Below, in pieces: positions 26,881 through 37,633 of a stretch of 64,000 bases of DNA (the first letter of the stretch is position 1; each line of letters begins with the position of its first letter). The stretch is taken from the IMG/VR virus record IMGVR_UViG_3300033121_000578, positions 7,845 to 71,844 of that record. One strand, 5' to 3'. This DNA comes from a virus. The position numbers and the translations under genes are program-made. The notes beneath the pieces were generated by a model, which worked only from the letters and a program-made list of their open reading frames with translations, was not told the origin of the DNA and made no database searches.

Positions 26881-27876
26881 ATGTCTATACGTTTTGCTAT
26901 CAAAAACACAGCTGGTAAAGCTACCAAAGAAGGTGACTCTTTTATAAGATATACGGGTACTGGAGAGCCCTTCTCAAGAAATTGTGAAAGAACAGCCCGT
27001 GCAGTTGAAACTGACGCACTTGGAAATCCAACAAAGTGGACATTTACTACAGGATTGGATGAAGGACAAGTAGAATTTTACAAATGGTTCTCTGATGAAG
27101 AGAAAGCTGTTGTAAAAGAGACAATCAAGAACATGCGTCCAACTATTGAGAGGTTCTATGGAGGAGAGGCAGTTATTAATCCCCAAAACTTCTCATTCTG
27201 GAAGAGAACAAGAGATGTAAACAAACTGTATGTAACCAATGAAAACATTGATACATACTATGATACAGAGAACCCTGCTCACGCACTTCTGTATCTTTCT
27301 ATAATAGGTGGTGCTTTTAGTGACCTAGTTGCACCTACCAGAGAGTGGGCAGAAAGATACCAAATTCCTCATTATCTTGTATTGGAAATAGAGAATGTCT
27401 CTATGGATGATGAAGAGGATATCACACGTTCCGATGCTCATATGGCACTCGGTGAACTGAGAAAGGAATTTGGAAAAGACGCTCTTTATATACTTGCTTG
27501 GTGTCTGCAGTACGATACAAATGCATTTGGTGCATATAATAACTCTACATCTGAAAAAGACCTTATCAATTACCATATTAAGTATATTGATGGTAAACTT
27601 CAGACTAAGAAGAAGAAAAACTGTCCAAAGACATTTATTGAGTACGCAAATAAGTGGAAGTCACCTCAAACAAGAAAACTTCTTTATACAGAAGCTTATT
27701 TAAAGGCAGGTGAGTACTTCAACTATATTAACCAGAGAGAGAAGAAGTACGTTACATCAGATGGTACAATTCTTGGAAACACCATTCAAGAAGCTGTTAC
27801 AAATCTAATGAAACCTAAATTCAACGTGGATTATGAGAAGCTCAGAGACCTCGTTGAAGCTAAATGGAAAGAATAA
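26881..27876 (+). CDS. hypothetical structural protein (331 aa)
   Basis: ORF in head/neck block. Confidence 0.55.
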   Translation: MSIRFAIKNTAGKATKEGDSFIRYTGTGEPFSRNCERTARAVETDALGNPTKWTFTTGLDEGQVEFYKWFSDEEKAVVKETIKNMRPTIERFYGGEAVINPQNFSFWKRTRDVNKLYVTNENIDTYYDTENPAHALLYLSIIGGAFSDLVAPTREWAERYQIPHYLVLEIENVSMDDEEDITRSDAHMALGELRKEFGKDALYILAWCLQYDTNAFGAYNNSTSEKDLINYHIKYIDGKLQTKKKKNCPKTFIEYANKWKSPQTRKLLYTEAYLKAGEYFNYINQREKKYVTSDGTILGNTIQEAVTNLMKPKFNVDYEKLRDLVEAKWKE

Positions 27877-28535
27877 TGACACTTCTTCAAATATCTGCTA
27901 AAATTGACTTACGCCTAAATAAAAGTGCCTCCGATGACTATGACAACCTTTGGCCATATGTCAAGCAGGAAGCATTTAATAAGGCAGTGAACGAGTGGGT
28001 AAGAAGACAGTACCATGGTAATAATATAAAGCAGGAAGGTGACGAAGAGACTGTAATGAGAGTCGATGACCTGCAAGTTCTTTTAAAAACGGATAATCTG
28101 GTAATTAGGGATAAGGGAGTTTATGTAGAAACTAACAAACTTCCATCTGACTATCTCTACTTCAAAAGACTAACCCCATATGTATCAAAGGGTGTATGTC
28201 AGGGAGTAGCAATCAAATCTAACCTCAAAGAAGAGGCAAATGTAGATAGTCTGGTAAATGAATTGCCCTCATTTGAATTTGAGGAAACATTTCATACCCT
28301 AATTGGAAATAGGGTCCATGTATATCACAACAAAGACTTTACAATAGATAAGGTCGAGTTAACATACTACAGAAAACCTATTTTCTATGACTTCAAGAAA
28401 TTATCTACTATTGTAGAGTTCAAAGATGATGTATGTGAACTTCTGGTAGATGAGGCTTGTAAAATCATAGCATCAGATATTGAATCATTGAATGCAAAGG
28501 CTCTAACGGAGTCAAGAGTTGAATCTAATAATTAA
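27864..28535 (+). CDS. hypothetical structural protein (223 aa)
   Basis: ORF in head/neck block. Confidence 0.55.
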   Translation: MERIMTLLQISAKIDLRLNKSASDDYDNLWPYVKQEAFNKAVNEWVRRQYHGNNIKQEGDEETVMRVDDLQVLLKTDNLVIRDKGVYVETNKLPSDYLYFKRLTPYVSKGVCQGVAIKSNLKEEANVDSLVNELPSFEFEETFHTLIGNRVHVYHNKDFTIDKVELTYYRKPIFYDFKKLSTIVEFKDDVCELLVDEACKIIASDIESLNAKALTESRVESNN

Positions 28536-28558
28536 ATAACAATTAACAACAAAGTTTT

Positions 28559-30601
28559 ATGGAAAATTTTAGCTATCATGTACCCTTTTATGTGGTAAAT
28601 GGAGGAATAGCAACTTCTGGTCATTCTGCAGACCTTACCCCCGGAAAGGTTGGTCTGTTTGACCGTAACACCTTCTCTGTAGCAACAGCTATTGGAAATG
28701 GTAAAGAACTCTTCTTTGCTCAAGGAGCAAACGGTGGTCTTGATTGGTATGGTGCGGAAGTACGCAACAGCCACAAGTCTCCTTTCTTCTTCGCAAAGGA
28801 CGTAGAGGGTATGTACCTTTCTAAGCCTCAGAGACTTCAGAACGAAGAGTGGGTAATTGGATACAACGGTTCTCCGTCTTCCAAGGGCCTGAAATTTAAT
28901 ACTGGAGAAGCTCTCCGTATTAAGTTCTACTTCCACGGTCAACCCGTATATCGTTTCTTTAACGGTCCTAAGGAGTATGTAGTATCCTACACTCCAAAGG
29001 AAGATTGTACTGAACCATGTGCAGGAGGTGACTGTCCTGACCCAATCGTGGACTGTGAAGTTCATACAAAGTCACTTATCGACCTTATTAATAACCACAC
29101 AGAACTTCGTAAGTTTGGTGTAACTGCAAAGTATGTAAGCAGCACTTACAGCACTGGTACTCCAAACATGACAAAGTATTGTCTGACTCTTTGTGACAAT
29201 GGTGATGCACAAGCTCTTAACGCTGTTAAGGCTCAAGCTCCTGTTGGCGTAAATGTAGTAAGAACAAGCCGTGTAGGTAGCCAGTCTACTTACCAGTTCT
29301 GCCAAGCTGATGGTGCTACTGCTCCTTCTGCTTTCCAGCAAAGCGGTTCTGTTCTACAGGCAGTGTGTGAAGATTGTCCAGCAGACAGCTACCTTGTACC
29401 TGCTAAGGATGTATTCCTTATCAAGCGTCCAATCGTAGGTGGTGAGAATTTCTCAACTGCTGCAACAAGAGATGCATATGCCAACACCGTATGGCAAGAT
29501 TATGCAACTCAGGAGTCTATAACTACTTCTACATCAACTACTTCTACAACTACAGCTGCTGGTACAGCTAACCCTGATGCAGTATTTATTGCTCAGGATG
29601 GTGCCGTAGCACTTGTGAAAGTTAAGTTTGTTGCTGGAACAGTTCTTGACCCCGCAATTGGAACCGATATCATCGAGTTCTCTCATACAGAACCTGCAGT
29701 TTGTGTGTTCGACACACCTGTAGCTGTAGCTTGGGAAACTTGTGGTACTGGTATCAGTTCAACTAGAAAACTTCGTATCAAGAATATCAGCCGTCCTGAT
29801 TGTGATGCTGATGGTGATAGACTTACAGATATTGAAGCAGCTCTTGCTGGAGTAGTTGGTATCAAACTGAATACCCTTACTCTTGAAGCTGGTAGTGCAT
29901 GTAAAGATGACTACACAGTTGAACAAGATTCTGTAGACTGTCTTGACGAAGGATGTCTGACAAGCAACGTAACATTCACTTATGACGATTTACCTGCATT
30001 CGAGAACGAAAGCTGGGTAGTTGTACCTCCTACACACGTAGACGAGCCAACAAGAAAGTGTGGTATCCGTGTAACAGCTGGTTACATTGACCCTAAATTT
30101 GGTGAGTGCTCATTCAATCCTATGGATTACTATGAGACCGAGCCAATTAAGATGGAAGTTTCTCTTCTTGGTGAGGATGATGACAGATGTGATGTTGCAC
30201 TGTGGCCAACCGTGTCTCAAACAAGAATTGGTAGAGTTTCACGTCAAAGCGGAGAGTACGTGGTAAGAGAGCTTATCATGAAGACTGATGCTTACCTGAA
30301 GCATGTACGCCAGTTCAGCCTTGAGCCAAGAATGAGAGAAGCATTTGATATGAACCTTCTTGGAAGTGTTGATAAGAATGCCTTCTACAACCTGTACTAT
30401 GTACGCTTTAAGGCTTCATATGGACATTCATTCAGAAAGAACGAGCAAGAAACATTCACAGCAGTATTTGCCTTCAAGGAAGGAGACCCTGCAGCAGCTC
30501 AATTTGAGAGCAATGTACTGGATGTTCTTACCGCTAAATCTGGTGTTCATCTTCATGTGAACGAAGCAAATATAGGTGGTAGCAGCGGAATGCAATCCTA
30601 A
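28559..30601 (+). CDS. hypothetical Cys-rich structural protein with Thr/Ser linker (680 aa)
   Basis: long ORF; TTSTSTTSTTTAAGT linker and several CxxC. Confidence 0.55.
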   Translation: MENFSYHVPFYVVNGGIATSGHSADLTPGKVGLFDRNTFSVATAIGNGKELFFAQGANGGLDWYGAEVRNSHKSPFFFAKDVEGMYLSKPQRLQNEEWVIGYNGSPSSKGLKFNTGEALRIKFYFHGQPVYRFFNGPKEYVVSYTPKEDCTEPCAGGDCPDPIVDCEVHTKSLIDLINNHTELRKFGVTAKYVSSTYSTGTPNMTKYCLTLCDNGDAQALNAVKAQAPVGVNVVRTSRVGSQSTYQFCQADGATAPSAFQQSGSVLQAVCEDCPADSYLVPAKDVFLIKRPIVGGENFSTAATRDAYANTVWQDYATQESITTSTSTTSTTTAAGTANPDAVFIAQDGAVALVKVKFVAGTVLDPAIGTDIIEFSHTEPAVCVFDTPVAVAWETCGTGISSTRKLRIKNISRPDCDADGDRLTDIEAALAGVVGIKLNTLTLEAGSACKDDYTVEQDSVDCLDEGCLTSNVTFTYDDLPAFENESWVVVPPTHVDEPTRKCGIRVTAGYIDPKFGECSFNPMDYYETEPIKMEVSLLGEDDDRCDVALWPTVSQTRIGRVSRQSGEYVVRELIMKTDAYLKHVRQFSLEPRMREAFDMNLLGSVDKNAFYNLYYVRFKASYGHSFRKNEQETFTAVFAFKEGDPAAAQFESNVLDVLTAKSGVHLHVNEANIGGSSGMQS

Positions 30602-30625
30602 GCACTCCTAATATAAATCACAAAA

Positions 30626-30659
30626 GGTGAGTAGGGCAGAGTCTCTGCTCACCTTTTTG
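30626..30659 (+). terminator. rho-independent terminator
   Basis: GGTGAGTAG(N10)CTGCTCACC then TTTTT. Confidence 0.6.
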
Positions 30660-30713
30660 ATTTTAACCTATAAAATTATTTTAATTTCTCGCATTTTTTA
30701 ATTATATTGTACT

Positions 30714-31265
30714 GTGAATAGAACTGAATTATCCTTAGAAGTATCAAAAACTCATAACCTAAAAACTATGAGGCTTTTTGATACTTCAAAGTTTTGTGAT
30801 GAAGATACAATTGAGAATTATCTTATTCAGATACTTCCGGTTAATAAATCTTCTTGGGTTACTTTTCATGTACAAAAGAATTTTTCTTTAACCTTAAATT
30901 CATCAGGTTTAGGTTATAAGAAGGTAAATGATACATCTGAGTTAGTGGATATTCCAGATGGTATATATGAGATAAAACAATCTTATAAACCTAATATTCA
31001 TACTTTAGCCCATTATTACCATCTTAGAACAACTGCTTTAACATATAAATATTTACAACTTTTATGTGAGCATTTTGCAAACGAATGCAAAAAAGATGAT
31101 GATGTGTATATAAAAGAAATTCAAGAACTCATTAAAATAAAACAGTATATAGAAGCTGCAGAGTTTATAGTTTCAGAAAAACACGATAAACAATGTGGTC
31201 TAAATTACTATAATCAAGCTGTAGAGCTTATAAACAGATTTGAAAATGAGTGTGGATGTAGATAA
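30714..31265 (+). CDS. hypothetical protein (183 aa, GTG start)
   Basis: ORF, very AT-rich. Confidence 0.5.
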   Translation: MNRTELSLEVSKTHNLKTMRLFDTSKFCDEDTIENYLIQILPVNKSSWVTFHVQKNFSLTLNSSGLGYKKVNDTSELVDIPDGIYEIKQSYKPNIHTLAHYYHLRTTALTYKYLQLLCEHFANECKKDDDVYIKEIQELIKIKQYIEAAEFIVSEKHDKQCGLNYYNQAVELINRFENECGCR

Positions 31266-31569
31266 GATAAAGGATAAGTTTCTAAATAGGATAAATGATA
31301 AATTCAATAGTGAGGTATATTTTCTAGATACATGTAGAAAGTTTCCTGAAAAATATCCACTTCATGTGTATGTATCTGATTTATCCCTTAGAATATTCTT
31401 TGAAGAAAACAATAAAATTTCTCTTTGTGGAACATTTATGAAGTTTTGTGAAAAGGATGCTAAAAAAACAGTAAAACTTGCAGCACTTACTAATGATATA
31501 AGTTCCAGTGATGTAACAACAATTAATAATTATATTGTTGAAGATAAATGGAATCAAATTGACTGGTAA
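31240..31569 (+). CDS. hypothetical protein (109 aa)
   Basis: ORF. Confidence 0.45.
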   Translation: MKMSVDVDKIKDKFLNRINDKFNSEVYFLDTCRKFPEKYPLHVYVSDLSLRIFFEENNKISLCGTFMKFCEKDAKKTVKLAALTNDISSSDVTTINNYIVEDKWNQIDW

Positions 31570-32081
31570 TGCAATGTGTAATAAAAGACTTTAAAGTTGA
31601 TACTTTACCTCCAAAAGGTGAACCAAATGCAAGATATTATGTACCAAATGGTAATGGTACAGATATCGATGAGTATATTACTGACAAAAGAGGTGAGTTT
31701 AGAAAGGTAAATCCTATTAGTTCGACAGGTACTGTTAAAAGAAACTTTATTGCAGGTGTGATTATTAATGGTGGGAAAGCTGTTGTGATGGATACGGATG
31801 GGAAAATCTATCCATTCAATATAGCAAATGATTCTCACTACGATAAATACGTAGGAGTAGCTGAAACAGCAGCATTACAAGATGATATTTGTACTGTTGT
31901 AATAAATGGAGAGGTAAAAACTTTAGGAAGTGGGTGGATAGTAGGTGTACCTTATTACATAGCATCTACTTCATTTTTAACAGATACGCCTCCTAGTATC
32001 GGAATAGTTAAACAAATTGGTGTTGGTGTAGCTACAGATACTATATTAATAACAAATGGTACAGAATTAATAGCAATTTAA
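31569..32081 (+). CDS. fibre/tip-like protein (170 aa), paralogous to 32091-32606
   Basis: shared pattern VV.D...G..Y...IAN.S...YVGVAETAA...V.I.GEV..LG..W..G..YY vs the next ORF. Confidence 0.5.
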   Translation: MQCVIKDFKVDTLPPKGEPNARYYVPNGNGTDIDEYITDKRGEFRKVNPISSTGTVKRNFIAGVIINGGKAVVMDTDGKIYPFNIANDSHYDKYVGVAETAALQDDICTVVINGEVKTLGSGWIVGVPYYIASTSFLTDTPPSIGIVKQIGVGVATDTILITNGTELIAI

Positions 32082-32090
32082 ACATAAAAA

Positions 32091-32606
32091 ATGGCAGGAA
32101 ACAAATATATTGCAAACAACGCAGGTAAACTAAAAGAAGTTGCTGCTGCTCAAACGTCATCAGGTGTTGGTGATGCTAACAAAATTGTAGCTTTGGATTC
32201 ATCAGGATTACTTGATGTGTCGCTAATGCCAGCAGGTGTTGGTGCAGAGGTTGTTGTAAAACCAGCTTCTGAAAACTTACTAGCTGGTGATTTTGTGAAT
32301 TTTCATAATAATGCAGGTACATTAAATGTACGTAAGGCTGATGCTTCAACTAATGCAAAACCAGCAGATGGATTTGTTTTAGCCAACGTAACATCTCCTG
32401 CTAATGCTACAGTATATCTTATCTCTGGACAAAATACAGCCCTATCTGGTTTAACAGTTGGTGCTGATTATTGGTTATCAACTACTCCCGGAGTTATAAC
32501 AGCTACTGCTCCTTCAGCAGCAGGAAATATTGTACAAAGATTAGGTAAAGCTAAGTCTGCAACTGAATTTGTATTCGAGAACCAAGAATATTTTGAATTA
32601 GTATAA
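32091..32606 (+). CDS. fibre/tip-like protein (171 aa)
   Basis: Gly/Ala/Thr-rich; similar length and pattern to the previous ORF. Confidence 0.5.
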   Translation: MAGNKYIANNAGKLKEVAAAQTSSGVGDANKIVALDSSGLLDVSLMPAGVGAEVVVKPASENLLAGDFVNFHNNAGTLNVRKADASTNAKPADGFVLANVTSPANATVYLISGQNTALSGLTVGADYWLSTTPGVITATAPSAAGNIVQRLGKAKSATEFVFENQEYFELV

Positions 32607-32956
32607 TGGCAGTTAAAAACCCCATAGTAAACTATAATGGTTACTTGAAAGAACTTCAAGTAGGTGATACTTTACCTGCATCTGGAGGATTTACATTAAC
32701 TGAAGTAGAAATAGATTTTGGGACAAAACCTACCAGAAGTAAGAGATTTACTATTACAGATGCATTAGCAACTACATTAAGTAAAATAATGGTTGTTCCA
32801 TCTGGAAATGTAGCAACAGGTAGAGGACAGGATGATTGGGAGTGGGATACAATTCAATTTGCTGCAAAAGGTAATACTGGAAATTTTAGTTTATCTGCAT
32901 ACTCTAATACCAGAATTGGTGGAAAGAGAAAAATATTTTACACAATAAATAATTAA
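32606..32956 (+). CDS. hypothetical protein (116 aa)
   Basis: ORF. Confidence 0.5.
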   Translation: MAVKNPIVNYNGYLKELQVGDTLPASGGFTLTEVEIDFGTKPTRSKRFTITDALATTLSKIMVVPSGNVATGRGQDDWEWDTIQFAAKGNTGNFSLSAYSNTRIGGKRKIFYTINN

Positions 32957-32958
32957 TA

Positions 32959-34389
32959 ATGGCTTTTTTAGAAGATGGTAATGGTACAGCAGGTATAGCC
33001 AATGTAAATGATAACTTTCAATTAGAAGTTGTTACACCTACAGATATAACTCAAAGTGGGTATGTTACTGCTGTAGGAGAAGCACATGATGGACTTCATG
33101 GATATAATACACCAGTAAGAAGACCCTTAAGAGTTTCTACTGATGGAAGACTTAGAGCTGGTACAGATACTGTACAATGGTCTGATACATTTAATCATGC
33201 AATACAAGATACATCTGCATATCAGCACGTTACTGCAACTGCAACATTAGCTTTAACAGGGGGTTACCTTGTTTTTAACTCTGGTAACTCTGTAGCTTCT
33301 GTTGCTGTAGCTAGGGTTCAAACATACAGAACTTTTCAATTATTAGGTTCTTCAGCAATGGAAGTTGGTTTTAGAGTTCGTTTTGCTATTAACTCTCAAA
33401 CAAATAACGTAGCTGAACTCGGATTAGGATTTGCAGCAACAACTGTTACTCCTACTGATGGAGCATATTTTAAAATGGAAACATCTGGAGCAGTAGTCGG
33501 AGTAATGAACAGAAATGGTACAGAAATGACAACTCCTACATTATTTACTCCAGTAGCAAATACAGTTTACTATTTAAGAATGATAGTAGACCAAGATAGA
33601 TTAGAATTTTATGTAGATGCTGAATTACAAGGGGTTATAACAACTCCAACTACAGACCCTGCTATAACATTCTCAAGAGCTATGCCTCTTTTAATGAGAT
33701 TTTTCAATTCATCAGCTACTTCTTCAGCACAGAGAATGGAAGTAAGTGATGTAATCATAGTAACAAGAGATTTAGCTACAAATAGATTGTGGCCAACTAC
33801 TCAATCAGGACAGTTATTACATAGTATTTCTGTACCTAGAGGTACTACTGCTGGTCAAACAGCAAACTTTACAAACTCTGCTGCTCCTGCATCAGCAACA
33901 TTATCGAATACTGCTGCTGGTTATACAACATTAGGTGGTAAATTTCAATTTGCTGCTGTAGCTGGTGCTGCTACTGATTACGCTTTGTTTGGATATCAAG
34001 TTCCAGCTTCATCTGCTGCTGGTGGTAACAAAAACTTAATTATAAGAGGTATTAGAATTGATACTTATAATACAGGTGCTGCTGTTGCTACAACAGGAAC
34101 TGTTTTAGAGTGGGGTGTAGGGGTTGGTTCTACTGCTGTTTCTCTTGCAACAGCTGACTCTGCAACAGCAGGTACTAGAGCACCGAGAAGAATACCTTTA
34201 GGAGTTCAATCTTTTGCAGTAGGTTCAGCTATTGGAGCTGTGGCTAATGGAATAGATGTAAACTTAGATGCTCCACTATATGTTGAGGCAGGGACTTTTG
34301 TACATATTATTTTACAAATGCCTGTTGGAACAGCCACAGCCTCTCAAGTAATAAGAGGAACAGTATTTATTAACGGTTATTTTGAATAA
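32959..34389 (+). CDS. putative tail fibre protein (476 aa, Ala/Thr/Gly-rich)
   Basis: low-complexity composition typical of fibre shafts. Confidence 0.55.
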   Translation: MAFLEDGNGTAGIANVNDNFQLEVVTPTDITQSGYVTAVGEAHDGLHGYNTPVRRPLRVSTDGRLRAGTDTVQWSDTFNHAIQDTSAYQHVTATATLALTGGYLVFNSGNSVASVAVARVQTYRTFQLLGSSAMEVGFRVRFAINSQTNNVAELGLGFAATTVTPTDGAYFKMETSGAVVGVMNRNGTEMTTPTLFTPVANTVYYLRMIVDQDRLEFYVDAELQGVITTPTTDPAITFSRAMPLLMRFFNSSATSSAQRMEVSDVIIVTRDLATNRLWPTTQSGQLLHSISVPRGTTAGQTANFTNSAAPASATLSNTAAGYTTLGGKFQFAAVAGAATDYALFGYQVPASSAAGGNKNLIIRGIRIDTYNTGAAVATTGTVLEWGVGVGSTAVSLATADSATAGTRAPRRIPLGVQSFAVGSAIGAVANGIDVNLDAPLYVEAGTFVHIILQMPVGTATASQVIRGTVFINGYFE

Positions 34390-35677
34390 TATGAAGAAAT
34401 TACAAAATTGTGTAGTTGAAAACTGTATCCCAACACCAGTATCATGTTTAACATGGAACTGTGGAGATGTTGAGTACCTTGGTATCTGCGATGGTGACCC
34501 ATTATGTACAGTACTTTGGGAAGTAATTAACAAACTTAAAGATATAGCGGGTGAGGATTTAAGTCAATTTGATATTGATTCTCTGACTGAAATCTGTAAT
34601 CAGAAGGCACCAAATGAAGTAACACTACTATCAATCCTGAATCTAATAAAGGCAAACCAGATTTGCCTTAAAGACTTTATAGATACCCTAAGTGAGCAAT
34701 TAGCTAGCCTACTTTCTAATACAGGGGTAACTATAAACTTAAAGTGCTATGCAGACTTTGATAATCTTGGAAACGCACTTTCTATTACAAGAGAGCAGTT
34801 AGACCAGTTAGTTATTGATAATCTCTGCAATCACAAAGACAGAATTGAGACTCTTGAGGGAAAAGTGGTATCACTTCAATCTCAGATAGACAATATAGAT
34901 ATAAATCCAGCAGTAGATGAACCAGAGTTTGCTACATGTATAGATGCAGCTATTAAGCCAACTTCTGGACAAACAGTCTCTATTGCAAATGCTTTATGTG
35001 ACTTAAGAGATGCAACTGGTGATGAAACAGATATTACATCTGCTTTGGGCAGCACTCCTGCAGATATGAATGCAGAGTTTGGATTGCTTCCCGGTTGGAT
35101 AGTTAATCCTCAAAACTGGGCAGAAAACTATAATAATCTTCTTATAGCATTTGGTAATGTTTGGCAGAGAGTTAAGACAATAGAAATGACATGTTGTGCA
35201 CTTTCTTGTGAAGATATCAAGCTTGGATTCAGTGCTGTATACAACGAAGATGGAGATGGAATAATCATCAGCTTTACTTACGGTGCTGGTACAGTTATTC
35301 CTGCCGGATTTACTGACGGAGGAAGTTATGGTACAATAACTGATATAGACGGAAATGTTGTTGACTTTAACATAACTATAGGAAATAACTCACAGGAAGA
35401 GGTAATTATAGCTGGATTAAATACTACAGGAGAGCTTACTATCAGTATTACAGCAATTCTCGGAACAGGTTCACTTACTTGTCAGAAGTGTCTTTCTAAG
35501 AAAGTTAATAAAGCTTCTTGTAACTATTGTGAAATTTGTGCAACTGGTGCAGAAGGTTCTTCAGTTGTTATTGTGTATGAGTCATCTAAGACATCATCTA
35601 TAATAGAAAATGCAGCAGCACTTTCTACAACTACAACAACATCTTCTACAACAACTACAACAACAGCTGCACCATAA
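34382..35677 (+). CDS. putative tail fibre / receptor-binding protein (431 aa)
   Basis: Cys-containing, C-terminal TTTTSSTTTTTTAAP. Confidence 0.55.
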   Translation: MNNMKKLQNCVVENCIPTPVSCLTWNCGDVEYLGICDGDPLCTVLWEVINKLKDIAGEDLSQFDIDSLTEICNQKAPNEVTLLSILNLIKANQICLKDFIDTLSEQLASLLSNTGVTINLKCYADFDNLGNALSITREQLDQLVIDNLCNHKDRIETLEGKVVSLQSQIDNIDINPAVDEPEFATCIDAAIKPTSGQTVSIANALCDLRDATGDETDITSALGSTPADMNAEFGLLPGWIVNPQNWAENYNNLLIAFGNVWQRVKTIEMTCCALSCEDIKLGFSAVYNEDGDGIIISFTYGAGTVIPAGFTDGGSYGTITDIDGNVVDFNITIGNNSQEEVIIAGLNTTGELTISITAILGTGSLTCQKCLSKKVNKASCNYCEICATGAEGSSVVIVYESSKTSSIIENAAALSTTTTTSSTTTTTTAAP

Positions 35678-35687
35678 ATAAACTAAC

Positions 35688-36224
35688 ATGGCAACACCTA
35701 GTACATCGTCTTATAAAACAGCAGTATTAAAACCGGGAGAGTGTATAATTCTTCCAGAAGGGGCAACTATTTCATCTGTGATACTCGATGGAGCAGCATC
35801 TGTTACATCTACTTGCGGAGAACTTCCAACGCCATCTACATATAAATGTGGTTATTTCTTTATTATATTAGATGCAGATGATAATGCTGGACATTCTATG
35901 GATATGGATACAAAGTATGTATCAATTAAAGTCGGAGGAAATACATATCTTATAAATGAGCCAATTTTATATGGAGATGCAAATTCTCCAACTCCAACAT
36001 CTGTTGCTACCTTAAATGTTCATATTACAGACTTAGTATTATTTGAATTCAAAGCTGTAACAGAGAATGAGGTTACATCTAGAACTCATATTCATTTATA
36101 CTTTAAGGTACCGGAGATTCTATTTGATACAGTAGAATTGAAGATAGATAATAGAGGCGTTGGTAGCTATATGTATCTGAAACCACTAGTAGAAACATGT
36201 GATAATTATCCAACCCCTGCATAA
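35688..36224 (+). CDS. hypothetical protein (178 aa)
   Basis: ORF. Confidence 0.5.
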   Translation: MATPSTSSYKTAVLKPGECIILPEGATISSVILDGAASVTSTCGELPTPSTYKCGYFFIILDADDNAGHSMDMDTKYVSIKVGGNTYLINEPILYGDANSPTPTSVATLNVHITDLVLFEFKAVTENEVTSRTHIHLYFKVPEILFDTVELKIDNRGVGSYMYLKPLVETCDNYPTPA

Positions 36225-36249
36225 TTTTTAACGAATAAAATAAAATAAA

Positions 36250-37311
36250 ATGGCTTGTCCTGAAGTAAATCCTTGCGACCCTTGTAATGAATATGATAAC
36301 TGTGGTTGTCTTAATCCTACTACATTTGGGTGCGTAACAACAAATAAAGTAAGAGAGTGCCTTGGTACAGAATCAGGAGAGGATGGTGAAAGTGTCCTTG
36401 ATAAGATAGAGGAAAAGGTATGTAATATTGGAAAAGTTATCATTGATGATAATGATACTTGTCCTGAAGGTCTTTTTGATAAACTAGAAGCTGGTCTTAA
36501 TATATCTTTAACACAATCAGGTACTGGATGTGATAAAAAGATAAGAATTGATGCTACTGAAGGTGGTGTTCCAGTAGACGTAAATGTAAAAATATCTACA
36601 GATGACACAACAAGTGGATATCTATATGATAAAATACAAACAGGAACATATCTCACAAAATCAATAGTATCACCTGCGGGTAATGAAAAGCTAAGATTAG
36701 ATGTAGTACCATCTACTTTGATTTCATCTGATTTAGGAAATCAACTTGGTTTAGGTGGAGATGGAAAATTAGTTACCCTATATACTGCCCCTGATGGTAG
36801 TGAGACGCAGTTAATTGCTGGTACAGGTACCACTGTTAGTGGTTCTGGTACATTAGTTGACCCATATATAGTATCAACTAATGCATCTATTCAGGTAGCT
36901 CGTCCATGTTTTGATGGTATTTGGAGAAATATTACACTTGTAGCAACAGGTAATCCTAGTGTTACATACATGTCTGGTGCTCCTCAATATCGTTATCGTT
37001 TTGACGGAACTATTGAGTTCAGAGGCTCTGCTACATATCAAGTAGCTTTTGGTAATAATGTATCTGCATCCAGAAAGTTCACAATTACAGCTGGTAATAT
37101 ACCAACTACATGCTTAACTCTTGGTGAACAAGCTGGTACAATTGATTTAAAATCAATAACTTATATAGAAAGTGCAGGTCAGATGTACAACTATATCATA
37201 AGAAAAGCTACTCAAAATATAGTTCTGGAATTCCAGTCTTCATTTACTGCAGCTACAAATAAAACAATAGTTGTAAACTTTGAAGGAGCTGTGAGTCATC
37301 CCCTAATATAA
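36250..37311 (+). CDS. putative tail fibre protein with Cys-rich N-terminus (353 aa)
   Basis: MACPEVNPCDPCNEYDNCGC then Gly/Thr-rich repeats. Confidence 0.55.
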   Translation: MACPEVNPCDPCNEYDNCGCLNPTTFGCVTTNKVRECLGTESGEDGESVLDKIEEKVCNIGKVIIDDNDTCPEGLFDKLEAGLNISLTQSGTGCDKKIRIDATEGGVPVDVNVKISTDDTTSGYLYDKIQTGTYLTKSIVSPAGNEKLRLDVVPSTLISSDLGNQLGLGGDGKLVTLYTAPDGSETQLIAGTGTTVSGSGTLVDPYIVSTNASIQVARPCFDGIWRNITLVATGNPSVTYMSGAPQYRYRFDGTIEFRGSATYQVAFGNNVSASRKFTITAGNIPTTCLTLGEQAGTIDLKSITYIESAGQMYNYIIRKATQNIVLEFQSSFTAATNKTIVVNFEGAVSHPLI

Positions 37312-37361
37312 TTTGGACTTCAAATATAAAACCTCGGTTGTTGGTTCTCCGAGAAAGTTTG

Positions 37362-37394
37362 GGAGGGTATGTCTATACTCTCCTTTTATTTTTA
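37362..37394 (+). terminator. rho-independent terminator after the fibre cluster
   Basis: GGAGGGTAT(gtct)ATACTCTCC then TTTTATTTTT. Confidence 0.6.
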
Positions 37395-37413
37395 ACTCTT
37401 AAAACTTAATTAT

Positions 37414-37461
37414 ATGAAAAAGCTTTACGGTGGTGGTTGTGGATGTGGAGGTAAAAAATAA
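37414..37461 (+). CDS. tiny Gly/Cys peptide ORF (15 aa, MKKLYGGGCGCGGKK)
   Basis: ATG...TAA between a terminator and a promoter; speculative. Confidence 0.2.
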   Translation: MKKLYGGGCGCGGKK

Positions 37462-37482
37462 TTCCACATTTCTAAAGAAAAA

Positions 37483-37514
37483 TTTGGTTAGTAAAATAAT
37501 TTGTCATATATTTG
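37483..37514 (+). promoter_or_regulatory. Bacteroidetes-type promoter (-33 TTTG 37483-86, -7 TATATTTG 37507-14)
   Basis: consensus spacing of ~20; the ATG of the 29-aa ORF is 5 nt downstream. Confidence 0.55.
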
Positions 37515-37518
37515 CTAT

Positions 37519-37608
37519 ATGAAATTACAACGTACACATACACAATGGTTTACCTGCCCCCAGTGCCCATGCACAGGAGAGGGGTGTTGTGTATGTATAC
37601 TAAACTAA
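37519..37608 (+). CDS. 29-aa Cys-rich peptide (MKLQRTHTQWFTCPQCPCTGEGCCVCILN)
   Basis: its own promoter directly upstream and its own terminator 37634-37664 downstream; 7 Cys in 29 residues. Confidence 0.35.
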   Translation: MKLQRTHTQWFTCPQCPCTGEGCCVCILN

Positions 37609-37633
37609 AACAGTCAGAGGTATAAATATACAA

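Noticed and set aside
28532-29065. 177-aa minus-strand ORF
   Set aside because: Entirely inside and antisense to the 680-aa plus-strand structural gene
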